NCBI GenBank assembly: GCA_008690995.1
Contig: VRMN01000004.1
Span: 248,001-312,000 of the forward strand
Direction: 5' to 3'
DNA: 64,000 nt
Origin: Porphyridium purpureum
Lineage: Eukaryota
A model generated the notes under the pieces. It was not told the DNA's origin. It did no database searches and saw only the letters and a program-made list of their open reading frames with translations. A program made the position numbers and the translations under genes. Below are positions 1 through 10,678 of this stretch, piece by piece (position 1 is the stretch's first letter; each line of letters opens with the position of its first letter).

Positions 1-201
1 ATGACCGCGCTGAGTGGGAAGAACATCGAGGAAGTCATGGCGGAGGGCAAGTCAAAATTTGGCTCCGTGCCTATGGGCGCTGGTGCGGCGCCCGCGGCTG
101 CTGGAGGAGCCGCGGCCGCTGCGGCCCCGGCTGCGGCTGCCGCGCCGGAACCGGAACCGGAAGAGGAAGAAGAGGAGGCCGACTTTGATCTGTTTGACTA
201 G
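1..201 (+). CDS. RPLP2: 60S acidic ribosomal protein P2, C-terminal part (5' end outside window)
   Basis: LSGKNIEEVMAEGKSK, Ala-rich hinge and acidic tail EEEEEADFDLFD* are typical of P-stalk proteins. Confidence 0.88.
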   Translation: MTALSGKNIEEVMAEGKSKFGSVPMGAGAAPAAAGGAAAAAAPAAAAAPEPEPEEEEEEADFDLFD

Positions 202-795
202 ATTAAATCGCTGGAACCTCGGAGAATAATCGTCGTCTCGCTTTGATTACCTATGACGTACGTCTAGCTGCTGTCCTTTATCCACGGCACGGCAATGCGT
301 CGAAGCCACATCCATGAAACCGGTTGAACCCGGATCAAATGGGACTGGCAGACTCGTTATTCGTCTCCATGCTGCCACTCTCGTTCACCCCAATCCACAC
401 TCAAACGCACACACACACACACACCGGCGCACGCCAGCCCGAAGAGACGCACAGACACAAACGTAGCTCTGTCTCTCTTGAACCACGAGTATGGAACGCC
501 ACGCACAGATCGCGACTCGGCGACGGACGGACGGACAGACAGACAGACAGACTCGACCGAGCGCTGGCTGAGCCGGTCCGCAGCTTACACCACAGTACAC
601 TACCTCTTGAAGAGCACTGTACTTCCTCGAAGATTTTGGAGCGAGGTCGAGGCTGTGCGCGAGGAAGAGGAAGAGACGACGGGGCAGGAGACGGCTGGCA
701 GTCGGTCTGCGACGCGTTGCACGGACCCATCTGCACGTCCCGCGTGAGAGAATTTGCGTGGCAAGGACACAGCGCCGCGAGAGGGCTTCTTGGCG

Positions 796-3006
796 ATGTT
801 GGCGTGGGTCGTTGTTGCGGCGGGCGCATGCGCGGGTGGGGCAGCAGAAAAGCCAGCCACAAGCGGCAAAAGGGGATTTGGGCACGGCTGGACAGGATTG
901 GCTAGAGGGAGAAGAGTTTTGGGCGTGTCGGGTTCGAAGAGAATGGTAGAGCGCGGCGCATCGGAGCCGTTCAAGTTGAAGTCGGCAGAGGCTGATCATC
1001 TGGTCGAGCATCGGCATGACGATGACATCGTGACCATGCCACTTGAGGGCCTGCACCCGGCGCCGCATCTCCGCGACATGGAACATTACCAGCAGATGTA
1101 CAAGCGGTCGATTGCAGAGCCCGAGCAGTTTTGGGATGACATTGCCCGTACCGGCTTTTACTGGAAGCAAAAATGGGACGCGGTACGAAGCGTCAATTTT
1201 TCGCGCAAGCAAGGTAGAATCGAGAGCAGCTGGTTCATCGGGAGCAAAACAAATATTTGCTTCAATGCATTGGATCGCTGGGTCGAGACTGGCATAGAAG
1301 ATCATGTGGCCTTCCTCTTCGAACCCAACGATCTGAGCGACGACAAGTCACGCAGGGAGTGGACGTACGGGCAAACGTTGGCCGAGGTGAAACGCGTCGC
1401 CAATGTACTCAAGGCAATGGGCGTGAAGAAGGGCGACTGCGTGACTCTGTATATGCCAATGGTCGTCGAATTGCCAGTCTGCATGCTGGCATGCGCACGC
1501 ATTGGCGCCGTCCACTCGGTCGTGTTTGGTGGCTTTTCAGCCGAAGCACTCGCAGGGCGTATTCTAGACGCGGAGAGCAAGGTCGTCATTACCTGCGATG
1601 GTGTGATGCGCGGCAAGAAGCCCATTTTACTGAAGCAGATTGCGGACAAGGCTTGCGAGATTGCACAGAAACGCGGGTTTGCGGTCGCGTCGCAGCTCGT
1701 CCTGCACCGATTGGAGGAGGACAAGTCAACATGCGAAATGCGCGGCGGACGCGACGTTTGGTACGACGAGGCAGTAGCACGTGCAGACACAGAGTGCGAG
1801 GTCGAATGGATGGACGCCGAGGATCCGTTGTTTATTCTCTATACATCTGGCTCGACGGGCTCACCCAAGGGCGTGCTACACACCACCGCCGGCTACATGG
1901 TGTACACGGCAACCACATTCAAGTACTCTTTCGATTACCAACCGCGCGACGTATTCTTTTGTACGGCAGACTGCGGCTGGATTACGGGTCATTCGTATGT
2001 GACGTACGGTCCACTGCTTAATGCGGCTACGCAGGTGGTGTTTGAAGGCGTGCCGACCTACCCAGACGCCGGTCGGCTGTGGGACATTGTGCAGCGGTAC
2101 CGCGTGAACCAGATTTATACAGCGCCGACGGCGATTCGCGCGCTCAAGGCGTACGGTGACAGCTACGTGCAAGCGTATGATCGCAGTTCGCTACGTGTGT
2201 TGGGAACCGTCGGCGAGCCGATCAATCCAGAGGCGTGGCGATGGTACTTTGAGGTGGTGGGCAGCTCGAAATGCGCGGTCGTGGACACCTGGTGGCAGAC
2301 CGAAACGGGCGGACACATGATTGTGTCGTTTGGTGTAAAGGGCATGAAGTTCAAGCCAGGCTCCGCATCGCTGCCTTCGTTTGGCGTGGACCCTGTACTA
2401 CTTGATGAGCAGGGCCAAGAAATTGAAGGCCCTGGTGATGGGTTTCTCATGATCAGGCAAGGCTGGCCTTCGACGATTCGCACGGTGCGCGGCGATCACG
2501 AGCGCATGGAGCAAGTGTACTTTGATCGCTTTGATGGGTATTATCTCACGGGTGACGGCTGTCGCCGTGATGCCGACGGATACTACTGGCTGACGGGCAG
2601 AATAGACGACATTCTGAACGTCAGTGGCCACCGCATCGGTACAGCAGAGGTCGAGTCGGCTCTTGTGCTGCACGAACTGGTCAATGAAGCTGCGGTTGTC
2701 GGCTTTGGACATGATATCAAAGGCGAGGGTATCTACGCGTTTGTGACTTTGAACCAGGGCGCAAAAGCGTCCGAATCGTTGCAGAAGGAGCTTATTGCTT
2801 TGTGTCGCTCGGAAATTGGACCGATTGCCACGCCGGATCGAATCCAGTGGGTGCCGGGTCTTCCAAAAACGAGATCAGGCAAAATTATGCGCCGAATCCT
2901 GCGAAAGATTGCAGAACAAGGCGGAAGCGTCAAAATGGAAGACCTAGGCGACATCACAACTCTTGCAGATCCTTCCGTGGTCGCGCAACTTATCGCATCC
3001 GTCTGA
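796..3006 (+). CDS. ACS: Acetyl-CoA synthetase (AMP-forming) with N-terminal extension, possibly a targeting peptide
   Basis: Motifs YTSGSTGSPKG, ADCGWITGHSY, DTWWQTETGG and PKTRSGKIMRR; first in-frame ATG at 796. Confidence 0.95.
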   Translation: MLAWVVVAAGACAGGAAEKPATSGKRGFGHGWTGLARGRRVLGVSGSKRMVERGASEPFKLKSAEADHLVEHRHDDDIVTMPLEGLHPAPHLRDMEHYQQMYKRSIAEPEQFWDDIARTGFYWKQKWDAVRSVNFSRKQGRIESSWFIGSKTNICFNALDRWVETGIEDHVAFLFEPNDLSDDKSRREWTYGQTLAEVKRVANVLKAMGVKKGDCVTLYMPMVVELPVCMLACARIGAVHSVVFGGFSAEALAGRILDAESKVVITCDGVMRGKKPILLKQIADKACEIAQKRGFAVASQLVLHRLEEDKSTCEMRGGRDVWYDEAVARADTECEVEWMDAEDPLFILYTSGSTGSPKGVLHTTAGYMVYTATTFKYSFDYQPRDVFFCTADCGWITGHSYVTYGPLLNAATQVVFEGVPTYPDAGRLWDIVQRYRVNQIYTAPTAIRALKAYGDSYVQAYDRSSLRVLGTVGEPINPEAWRWYFEVVGSSKCAVVDTWWQTETGGHMIVSFGVKGMKFKPGSASLPSFGVDPVLLDEQGQEIEGPGDGFLMIRQGWPSTIRTVRGDHERMEQVYFDRFDGYYLTGDGCRRDADGYYWLTGRIDDILNVSGHRIGTAEVESALVLHELVNEAAVVGFGHDIKGEGIYAFVTLNQGAKASESLQKELIALCRSEIGPIATPDRIQWVPGLPKTRSGKIMRRILRKIAEQGGSVKMEDLGDITTLADPSVVAQLIASV

Positions 3007-3148
3007 AGGAAGAAAACGGCGCCAGCATGGCCTTGAGTGACGGAATAATCTAGCGAATCTAGTCACGTATTCAGCCACAGATAGAGATTTCGTCTTTGAT
3101 TCTTTTATCTTAAGTTTTTTCTTTCTTCATGTCGTCGTTGCTGGTTGT

Positions 3149-4426
3149 TCAGAGGCGCCAATTATTGGATACTTGCTTGTCCCAATCTTCCTCCCACCAT
3201 GTCGTCGACTTGTAGCCCTTGCGCAAGAGGCCCATAAGGGGTGATGAGGTGACGCCAAACTGACCCATATCAACGCCCTCGACTTTCACATTCTTGGTCA
3301 TGATATCGCGCACTTCACCCAAAGGCGGTCGCTCCTGTTGCGTTGCGACTCTTACATAACCTGCTTCCCCTGACGCATTTCCAGCGGCATACGTGTCCAG
3401 CAAGACCTGCCACGGTCCAGGATACACTCGATACAGCGCGCCCGAGTAATTCACCAGGAACGGAGGTTGCGGAATGCTCTTGGAGTATGCGCGCGTCCGC
3501 AGGTAAAACGCCGGCCTGACCTTGCTCAGGAAGCGGAAATGAAGGTCCTTGGACGGAAAGGCCGGCAACCCAAGATCACCACGCGCCACGTCAAGTTTCA
3601 AGTTGAACAAGATGACTGGCATGTCGCGCTCACTGGCTGCCTTGGCCAGCATCTCCACCTCGGGGAGCTCCTGCGCGGACGCTGCAAGCACCACGAACAT
3701 CTTATCGTTGCTGCACACGGCCGGCTCGACCTCCTGCTGCAGCCATATTCTCTCAAAGAAGTTTTGCTTCGAAGCGTTGCTGATTGTGCCCAGCCGCATA
3801 CCTCGCGCCGGGCGGTCAGTCTCCCCAAGCATTTCAACGAATCGGTCCTTTTCGATGGCGTCCGGGAAGGCGATTACCACGTCCTCGTACCCTTCCTCCA
3901 CGAACCGCTTACAAAAGTCGAGCGCAAGCCTAAAGTTAGCATCGGCCACCTCGTACGAGCCCGTGGACGAGGACTCCAACTGATCAGACGGCAGCGGCGG
4001 GAACTCGACCTCCAGCAGGCGCTCACCATCGCTGATGGCCTTGAGCACGGCGTTCTGCGCCATATTGATTGCCTGAAAGAAGGTTGCCGGCGCTGGTGCA
4101 AGCTCCTGTGCGCTACCTGCCGCCTTCTTCTCCGGCACCGACTTGCCAGCCATCATATGAACGCCGCGAGCAGGCGCGACCGATCGAGCCGCCGCGACGG
4201 CTGGCGCGCGCACTCCGCTGCATTTCCCGCGCACATCGCTGCTCCGCCCATTTCCACTGTGCGCAATCAATACCTGCGCCGCTGTCTGGAACCCGAGGCC
4301 GACTGGTGTGACCATCTTCTCATCCATCTGCTCGCCTCTCATCTCTCTTCCACCACGCCTGTCCTTCTCTCTCCATCCCCGCGCGTGAAAGGGATCTGCA
4401 CCGCACACGCGCGCGAGATCGAGCAC
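3149..4426 (-). CDS. LPA3: DUF1995 / LPA3-like (low PSII accumulation 3) plastid protein; true start probably near 4315-4340
   Basis: LLEVEFPPL, LFNLKLD..RGDLGLPAFPSKDLHFRFLS and YSGALYRVYPGPWQV motifs; Ala/Arg/Ser-rich transit-like N-terminus. Confidence 0.8.
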   Translation of the reverse strand: MLDLARVCGADPFHARGWREKDRRGGREMRGEQMDEKMVTPVGLGFQTAAQVLIAHSGNGRSSDVRGKCSGVRAPAVAAARSVAPARGVHMMAGKSVPEKKAAGSAQELAPAPATFFQAINMAQNAVLKAISDGERLLEVEFPPLPSDQLESSSTGSYEVADANFRLALDFCKRFVEEGYEDVVIAFPDAIEKDRFVEMLGETDRPARGMRLGTISNASKQNFFERIWLQQEVEPAVCSNDKMFVVLAASAQELPEVEMLAKAASERDMPVILFNLKLDVARGDLGLPAFPSKDLHFRFLSKVRPAFYLRTRAYSKSIPQPPFLVNYSGALYRVYPGPWQVLLDTYAAGNASGEAGYVRVATQQERPPLGEVRDIMTKNVKVEGVDMGQFGVTSSPLMGLLRKGYKSTTWWEEDWDKQVSNNWRL

Positions 4427-4582
4427 GCGGGTGTACAGTGATGTTCAGCTGCACGGCGTAGGTACAGTTCTAGCCGTTTCGAGCCGTTTCAAACGTTCGA
4501 AAAATTCCGCGCAGCGGATCCGTTACGGAATCCGATCGCCGTGCGAAGCAAGCAGACCGACGTTGGCTGAGTGACTGCAGCG

Positions 4583-4596
4583 CAACAACAACAACA

Positions 4597-4628
<32 letters not shown>

Positions 4629-4636
4629 CAGCAGCA
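4583..4636. repeat. Compound trinucleotide microsatellite (CAA)n(GCA)n(GTA)n
   Basis: Directly visible in the divergent intergenic region. Confidence 0.9.
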
Positions 4637-5098
4637 CTTCTACGCACAACAAAGGGCAAGAATGACATGGAATGGTAGCGTGGAAAGGCGTAGGTGGTGC
4701 CTTGGATGTGCAGCAAATTGGGTCGTGCCACTTTAAAAACCTGGCTTGCAAGGGCACAACGGATCACATGTGGGAGCCGTGGTAGGTGGTGCGTATGCAG
4801 CAGTCTTTTTTGTCCAGATTGTCTGTCCACAGTGAGCGTGGCGGTTGGTGTTGACCTAGACGGATGTGTTGTGGGTGGATTGCGGCAGATAAGAGCGCAC
4901 TGACGGAGAGCCGGACAAGTCGCGCTGCGTGGTGTGGTGGAGAGTGAGAAGGTTGTTTTGTTGGTTAGAGATAGAGAAAGCATAAGCTTCTGCACACACA
5001 GAGAGGGGAAGGAGCAGCGCTGCACTGCTTCCGTGAACAAAACAGAGAGCCAACCTTGTTCGAATCACGCGTAAGTGGTGGTCCAGTCGCGTCCTATC

Positions 5099-7525
5099 AT
5101 GGCGAGTGGTCAAGGCGCGCCATCGCGCGCGAGAGTGCGGGGCTCGTTGGCTGGAAAGATTGACGAGCTTCAAGGATTGAGCTCTGTTGCGTCGACAAAA
5201 CGCGTGTCGGTACGTGCCGCCGCAGCGTCGGCGGCACTTTCGGCAGGCCATGGTAGCGACTCTGTCGTGGTTTTCATGTGGAAGGGAGAGAAGAAGGCGC
5301 GCGAGGTGTTTTTGGCTGGAAGCTTCAACCAGTGGAAAGACGAGATCCCCATGGTGCAGACGCGCAGCGGTTTGCAGACTGTCTTTGCTGCAGTCCTTGA
5401 GCTTTCAGCCGGCATGTATACTTACCGCTTCAAAGTGGACGGTGAGTGGCGCGTGTCGGAGGACGACGAAGATATTGTGGAAGACACCGACGGGCTTGAC
5501 TCGCATTACCTCGCTGTTGGCGTCTCCGAACAGGAAGTCTACGAACAAGAGCAGGCCATTTTCCGCAACGCAGTCATTGATGCCATACAAGTGCACGCCG
5601 AACAGAACAGAAACGGCGCGCAGGACATGCACCGGTACAAGCAACAGAAGGAGCAGGAGGTCAAAGATATGGAGCGCACGGTCGCTACGTCACGTCACGC
5701 AGCCGTGGCGCAGACCAGTGCAGCGGCCATGGCACCTAAGAAGGGTCTGGTCAGTAAGGTGCTCGATAATTTGCTCTTTGTCGGTGCGCGTCCCACGCCT
5801 GCGGCTGCGGCCTCTCACAAGTCTGGCGTCACCGCATCGGGCCGGGCGGCAGACAGCGAGGACGATGTTTACTGGTCTGGATCCGACGATGGCGATCAAT
5901 ACGACGATTCTGATGACCACGCGGCGGAGAATGTGGCCCCATTGCAGGTTTTTTTCCCCAATGCGGAAGATGGGAAGGTGGACCCAAGTACAATCAAGCC
6001 ACAAACGGGCGCACCACCAACTGCTGCCGGGGCTACGGTAGCAGGGACCGGGCCGTACGAAAAGAGCTCCATGGATATTCCGTACAGCAAGTCCGGCACC
6101 GCGCTGGTGACCAAGACTCCCGCCAAGCAGTTTCTGGTGGCTGAATCGAACGCCATGGACCGGCAAGCCGTCGCGGGTGCCATGTTCAAGCAGGGTAATT
6201 ATGAAGCTGCGCTTGCCATGTACAGCGTAGCTATTCGCATTCGCGAAACAAATGGGCTGCGCATGACGCCCAACAATGCGCTGTGTCACATGGAATTGGG
6301 TGCGACGCTGATTCATTTGGAAGACTATAGCACAGCAGAAAAGCACCTCAAGATTGCGCGCAGCATGTGGAGCAACGGCGGCGTGCGATTTGGAAACGGG
6401 AATATGGAGCAGTATGCGGACATTGTCAGCTTCTTGGCCTGCGCACTGGACCGTCAGAAAAAGCGTTCCGAGGCGGAGTACTACTATCGCAAGGCTTTGC
6501 ATGCGTACGAAAAGGTGCCTGCATCCAAGCGCGAAGAGCGATGCGTCAATCATGAGCTCACCAAGACTAATTTGGAGCAAAACGTGAAAAAGCAGATCCG
6601 CGACGGACAAGAGCCTGGCACCTTCGAGCCCAAAAAGAACCGCGTGGAGCGTACATCGGACATTGTCGAGGCCGTCACGCGACATGCTGATCGTGAGCGC
6701 GCACAACCTTCATCTGCGTCAGCGTCTGCTGTTGCAGCGCTCGGAAAGACCAAACCGCAAGCGGGCTCGGGCACTGGCGCGCTCACGCGCATGAATTCAT
6801 CTGGCAGTGCTGCGCAGGTGCCCAATATGCAGATCCAGTCCGACGAAATGGGCATGTCGGGTCGTTCCAATTTGATGAAAAGTGAGCGCTCGTTTGGTCC
6901 AAACAACTGGAAAGAACTGGCGACAGCTGCGCGCGCTTCGATGCCGCGCAGTCCACCGGCACTCGAGCCGGAAGAAGTTCGCGCGAGTCGTGCCCTGGAC
7001 ACTAAGCATGTGGCGGAGTCTCGCCGATTCGACCAAATGGCACAGGAATGGCACCGTGACGCCAACACCATGGCTCAGAAGAAAGCATTTGACGAGGCCA
7101 ACGACCTCTACACGCTGGCCGTGTATGCGCGCAAGAAGAAGGCCGAGTTCTGGTACACACAGGAAAGCGCTGCCTTGCTGCTCGACTATGCAAACTGCCT
7201 GGTGGGCATGCAGCGCTATGCGGATGCCGAGAGGACCGTCGTGATGGCGATTGCTGTGGTAGAGAAAACCAAGCTCGAGCCAGTAAAGTATGGCATGGTT
7301 TGGCTCACCATGGCGCGCATATCCGGCGCCAAACGTGACTGCGAGAAGGCGCAGAAGCAGTACATGAAAGCCATCGAGGTGTACAAGAAAGAGCAGTACA
7401 AAGGCCCAGAGCTTGCGCAGGCGCTGAGTGGGTACATTTCTGTGAAAAAGATGATTGAGCAAGACGCGTCCGCTGCCAACGCCTCCAACAGTGCCGGATC
7501 CCCTGCCGCACTCACGAGCCGTTAG
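5099..7525 (+). CDS. Protein with AMPK-beta-type CBM48 starch/glycogen-binding domain and two TPR-like helical clusters
   Basis: EVFLAGSFNQWK...YTYRFKVDGEW (CBM48). TPR-like repeats AGAMFKQGNYEAALAMY, LGATLIHLEDYSTAEKHL, YANCLVGMQRYADAE. Confidence 0.75.
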   Translation: MASGQGAPSRARVRGSLAGKIDELQGLSSVASTKRVSVRAAAASAALSAGHGSDSVVVFMWKGEKKAREVFLAGSFNQWKDEIPMVQTRSGLQTVFAAVLELSAGMYTYRFKVDGEWRVSEDDEDIVEDTDGLDSHYLAVGVSEQEVYEQEQAIFRNAVIDAIQVHAEQNRNGAQDMHRYKQQKEQEVKDMERTVATSRHAAVAQTSAAAMAPKKGLVSKVLDNLLFVGARPTPAAAASHKSGVTASGRAADSEDDVYWSGSDDGDQYDDSDDHAAENVAPLQVFFPNAEDGKVDPSTIKPQTGAPPTAAGATVAGTGPYEKSSMDIPYSKSGTALVTKTPAKQFLVAESNAMDRQAVAGAMFKQGNYEAALAMYSVAIRIRETNGLRMTPNNALCHMELGATLIHLEDYSTAEKHLKIARSMWSNGGVRFGNGNMEQYADIVSFLACALDRQKKRSEAEYYYRKALHAYEKVPASKREERCVNHELTKTNLEQNVKKQIRDGQEPGTFEPKKNRVERTSDIVEAVTRHADRERAQPSSASASAVAALGKTKPQAGSGTGALTRMNSSGSAAQVPNMQIQSDEMGMSGRSNLMKSERSFGPNNWKELATAARASMPRSPPALEPEEVRASRALDTKHVAESRRFDQMAQEWHRDANTMAQKKAFDEANDLYTLAVYARKKKAEFWYTQESAALLLDYANCLVGMQRYADAERTVVMAIAVVEKTKLEPVKYGMVWLTMARISGAKRDCEKAQKQYMKAIEVYKKEQYKGPELAQALSGYISVKKMIEQDASAANASNSAGSPAALTSR

Positions 7526-7808
7526 GGCGAGTCGGTGATCTTTTCGTTAATTTATAGTGACAAAGGACCAACACGCAAGGAGCCGGTTTCGAGACCTTGC
7601 TGTGTGGCGCGTGTGAGTGGCCCTGAATCAAAGCAGGCTTCAAATAGAGAGAAAAGTTTGTGGAAAGTAGACATCGACAGAGGGAAAGTCCATCTTTCCT
7701 GTTCCCCTCGCAAAAAAAGGCAACTATGCAAGATGACTCTGTGTACTGTCCAGCAACCGCGTTCTGCGCTACCACTTTCTCTTATTTATCTAAAAGGGTC
7801 CCACGAGC

Positions 7809-9305
7809 CTACGCCGTTGCTTCAGCGGCTGCCGCTGCAGACGATGAGCTCGCAGCCGCCGAGTCCGAAGCCGGTGCCGCGGATGCCGACATCACAAGCG
7901 CGGCCTCTTCGGCGGTCATTTCTTCTGCGGTTTCGAGCCACTCGATGAATGGCTGCATTTGCTCGCGGATGATATTACTGCTCGCGGCGGAACCCTTGAC
8001 GAGCGTTGTGCCTCGTCGGTGCCAACGCAGTATAGTGTCCTCGCTGAAGACGTCCTTCATGTACAGTACGTATGCAATGTCACGGAATACTCCGGCTTTT
8101 AGCAGCTCCATATCGTTAGACACAAAGTGCTGGATCTGGACCATGAGAACCATCTCGTCCTTGCCATTCTTGCATGCCGTGTACAGCGTACGGTGGTGCT
8201 GCGTAAGCGCAGCAAGCAGTGCGACCCGGTTCTGCTGTACCTTGCGGTCCATGTCGACCGTATCGAGCAGGCCGTTCCACACGGCCACCACGCGATCGAC
8301 CTGCGACACCTTGCTCTCCTCGCACTTGGCGTCCACAAACGCCACAATCTCAGCCGGCGAAAGGCCCTCATTAATGCGCTCCGTGACACCGTTACGCACT
8401 TCGGTCACCTTCAGCTGGTGCAGCCGCTTCTCATTCTCCTGCACGAGTTGATCGAGGCCCAGCCGGTGAAAGTACGCGGACAGTTCTTCTGGCGAGCGGA
8501 TCTTAGACGGTAGTAACCCGACCATAAACTCCATGTCGAGCCCCGCAACGCGCAGCAAGTTATTCAGCTTCTCGACGTTCCCGTCATTCTCGCTCATGTA
8601 CGTCTTGATCACGGCGCTGACGTGGTCGAGCGCAAAGTGTCCCTCGACGTTTGCATCCGACTGGATTTCACGGAGAACCGAGGGCGTAAGCATGCTCTTC
8701 GCCATCATAAGTCCCACGACGCTGCCAAAGTTCAAGCGGTTTCGCTCCGAGTAGGAGGAGAGAAACAGCTGCAGTTTCTGGACGACCGCATCGTAGCGCG
8801 CGCGCAGAAACGGCTTCCTGCGCATCATCTGCGCGAGCAGCTCGACGACTTGTGCGACCTGTTCACTGGAAGCGGCCTCAAAGACGCACATTTGGAATGG
8901 CACGCCGCGCAACGAGCCGCCGGGCTCCACGATATTGCCCGCGAGCATGCACTCGGCAAAAACCTCTCCGTAGCGGCTGTAATCAAAAGTCTCCTTATCG
9001 AGCATTGTGACGGCGCGCTTAATGTCTGAGAGCTGCTCGATCTCATCCAGCACCTCGCCAAGCGCGTCCCGAAACGCCTCCGGGTCATGCTTGGTTGTGA
9101 TATTCCGCTTGCGCGTCTTAATGTTCGGCGCGCCACCCAACGTCGGCTTCTGCTCCTTCGCCGCCGACGGCGCCGCCTTTGCCACAACTCCCACCACGCC
9201 TACCCCTCCAGGCCCTGGCGCTCCCGGCACTCCTGGCGCTCCCGGCGCTCCCGGCACGCCCGGCGCCCCCGGCGCTCCAGGCACTCCCGCATACCCGCTC
9301 GACAT
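7809..9305 (-). CDS. BZW: eIF5-mimic protein (BZW/5MP, W2 domain) with N-terminal GAPGVP repeat
   Basis: KPTLGG..IKTRKRNI...HDPEAFRD, DYSRYGEVF, LYMKDVFSEDTILRWH and QMQPFIEWLETAEE. Confidence 0.9.
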   Translation of the reverse strand: MSSGYAGVPGAPGAPGVPGAPGAPGVPGAPGPGGVGVVGVVAKAAPSAAKEQKPTLGGAPNIKTRKRNITTKHDPEAFRDALGEVLDEIEQLSDIKRAVTMLDKETFDYSRYGEVFAECMLAGNIVEPGGSLRGVPFQMCVFEAASSEQVAQVVELLAQMMRRKPFLRARYDAVVQKLQLFLSSYSERNRLNFGSVVGLMMAKSMLTPSVLREIQSDANVEGHFALDHVSAVIKTYMSENDGNVEKLNNLLRVAGLDMEFMVGLLPSKIRSPEELSAYFHRLGLDQLVQENEKRLHQLKVTEVRNGVTERINEGLSPAEIVAFVDAKCEESKVSQVDRVVAVWNGLLDTVDMDRKVQQNRVALLAALTQHHRTLYTACKNGKDEMVLMVQIQHFVSNDMELLKAGVFRDIAYVLYMKDVFSEDTILRWHRRGTTLVKGSAASSNIIREQMQPFIEWLETAEEMTAEEAALVMSASAAPASDSAAASSSSAAAAAEATA

Positions 9306-9749
9306 CCTTTCCCTTCACCCACCTACCCACCCTCTCACCCTCCCTCCCTCCCCTCTCCCTCTCTCGCTCTCCCCCTCTCACCCTTCGCGCCGTCCACTTG
9401 TTTGGCCGCCACGCCCAGAAATGCGGCATTACTATGTAATGAGAAAGTCGCCACAGTAGAGGTACAGTGCTGTACTCCTTCGCACATGACAGATGACAGT
9501 GTGATGCATTACATCATAAACTGTACATTTAGTGTAAAGTGCGACCAGAATGGATAGGACCCCCCACAATTTAATACTCAATTTCAGAGTTTTATATTAA
9601 AAATAAAGTGTTTTAGTATGAAAAGGAAAAGAAACGGAAGAAGGGCACGGAAAAAGGACAAAAAAGTGGGTCAAATAGGATAGGACCCCCAACTTTGTGC
9701 GTGCAATTGCGCAGCAAGGCGCAGGCGAAATCGACTCGGATTGCCTCCC

Positions 9750-9983
9750 ACCTATGCACGCTGACGTTGCGCACATCTCCAAATTCGATTTTCCACTGAC
9801 AAATGCAGTATGTTGAAGCTAGCCAGCTCAACAGCGCCTTGCGCAGCAAAAACAGCACTCTTTAGCCGATCCACGGTCGCGTACTGCCTTTGGTCCCCAA
9901 TAATCTTGCGGTCTGTATTCCTCAGACGTTGGAAACCATGCTGAAGTCTGAAAAGTACTCAAACCACTCCATAATATGGACAT
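9750..9983 (-). pseudogene. Tc3-like transposase, C-terminal fragment
   Basis: Minus strand reads HVHIMEWFEYFSDFSMVSNV*GI (degenerate WPxxSPDLNPIENxWG), then after a frameshift RQYATVDRLKSAVFAA...SVENRIWRC. Confidence 0.75.
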
Positions 9984-10155
9984 CAGTCTGTGTCGTTGAA
10001 ACGTTATATACTGTACCTATGTAAGGTGAAAAGTGTACTTACACAAGGCGACTATGTACGGATATAAGTTGTGTAGACATTATATTTATACCATATACAT
10101 GTTCCAGTCTGACTCATAAACGTACATTTACGCCTCTTATACGTACAGTATATCC

Positions 10156-10503
10156 CAAGATTGGGTCATAGGAATGAACGTGGGGGACGAGGTCCAACAC
10201 TGATAAGGGGAGACAGCAAACCGAAATCCACTGCTGAGAAGACAAGACCAAAAGGGTATCCACGAGAAACCTCCTTTAATCCGCGCCCTGATCTCCTCTG
10301 ACTAAAAGCTAACAAAACACGTCTACGGCGAAGCGAAAGGGTGCTGGTTATATACCCGTGCGGCGCCATGGACGGCCGCCGTCGCCGCCCATATTGGTGC
10401 AGTGTGGGCACAGATTGAGGCTGCCGGCTGCTCACTCATCTGCAGCAGTACGACGGAACTGAACGCCCGCTCGATACTGGAGTACAGCTTGACCCCATTC
10501 ACG
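10156..10503 (-). repeat. 3' LTR (348 bp)
   Basis: Direct repeat of 15521-15868, identical by eye; TATATAA on the minus strand. Confidence 0.95.
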
Positions 10504-10514
10504 CGCCCTCTCAA
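10504..10514 (-). other. Polypurine tract
   Basis: Minus strand TTGAGAGGGCG immediately precedes the 3' LTR. Confidence 0.75.
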
Positions 10515-10678
10515 GCTTAATCCATATCGAGCGCAGGCTAAAAGAGATTCATATCAAAAGCCCCCAACAAGGGGGTGTATAGCTAGGACTAGCCATACCA
10601 TCATCATATCCATAACGGGTTGGTTTCACCATACCCGAACATTCATAAGAGGGCGAATTGGTGCTCTGCCCTCACAAC

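Noticed and set aside
9205..9295. Collagen-like gene
   Set aside because: It is a short GAPGVP low-complexity extension at the N-terminus of BZW.
385..9557. Numerous antisense and alternate-frame ORFs over host genes (also elsewhere in the window)
   Set aside because: Expected shadows in GC-rich coding DNA, with no recognisable motifs.
10166..10435. 89-aa ORF duplicated at 15531-15800
   Set aside because: It lies wholly within the LTR, so the duplication reflects the LTRs and not a gene.
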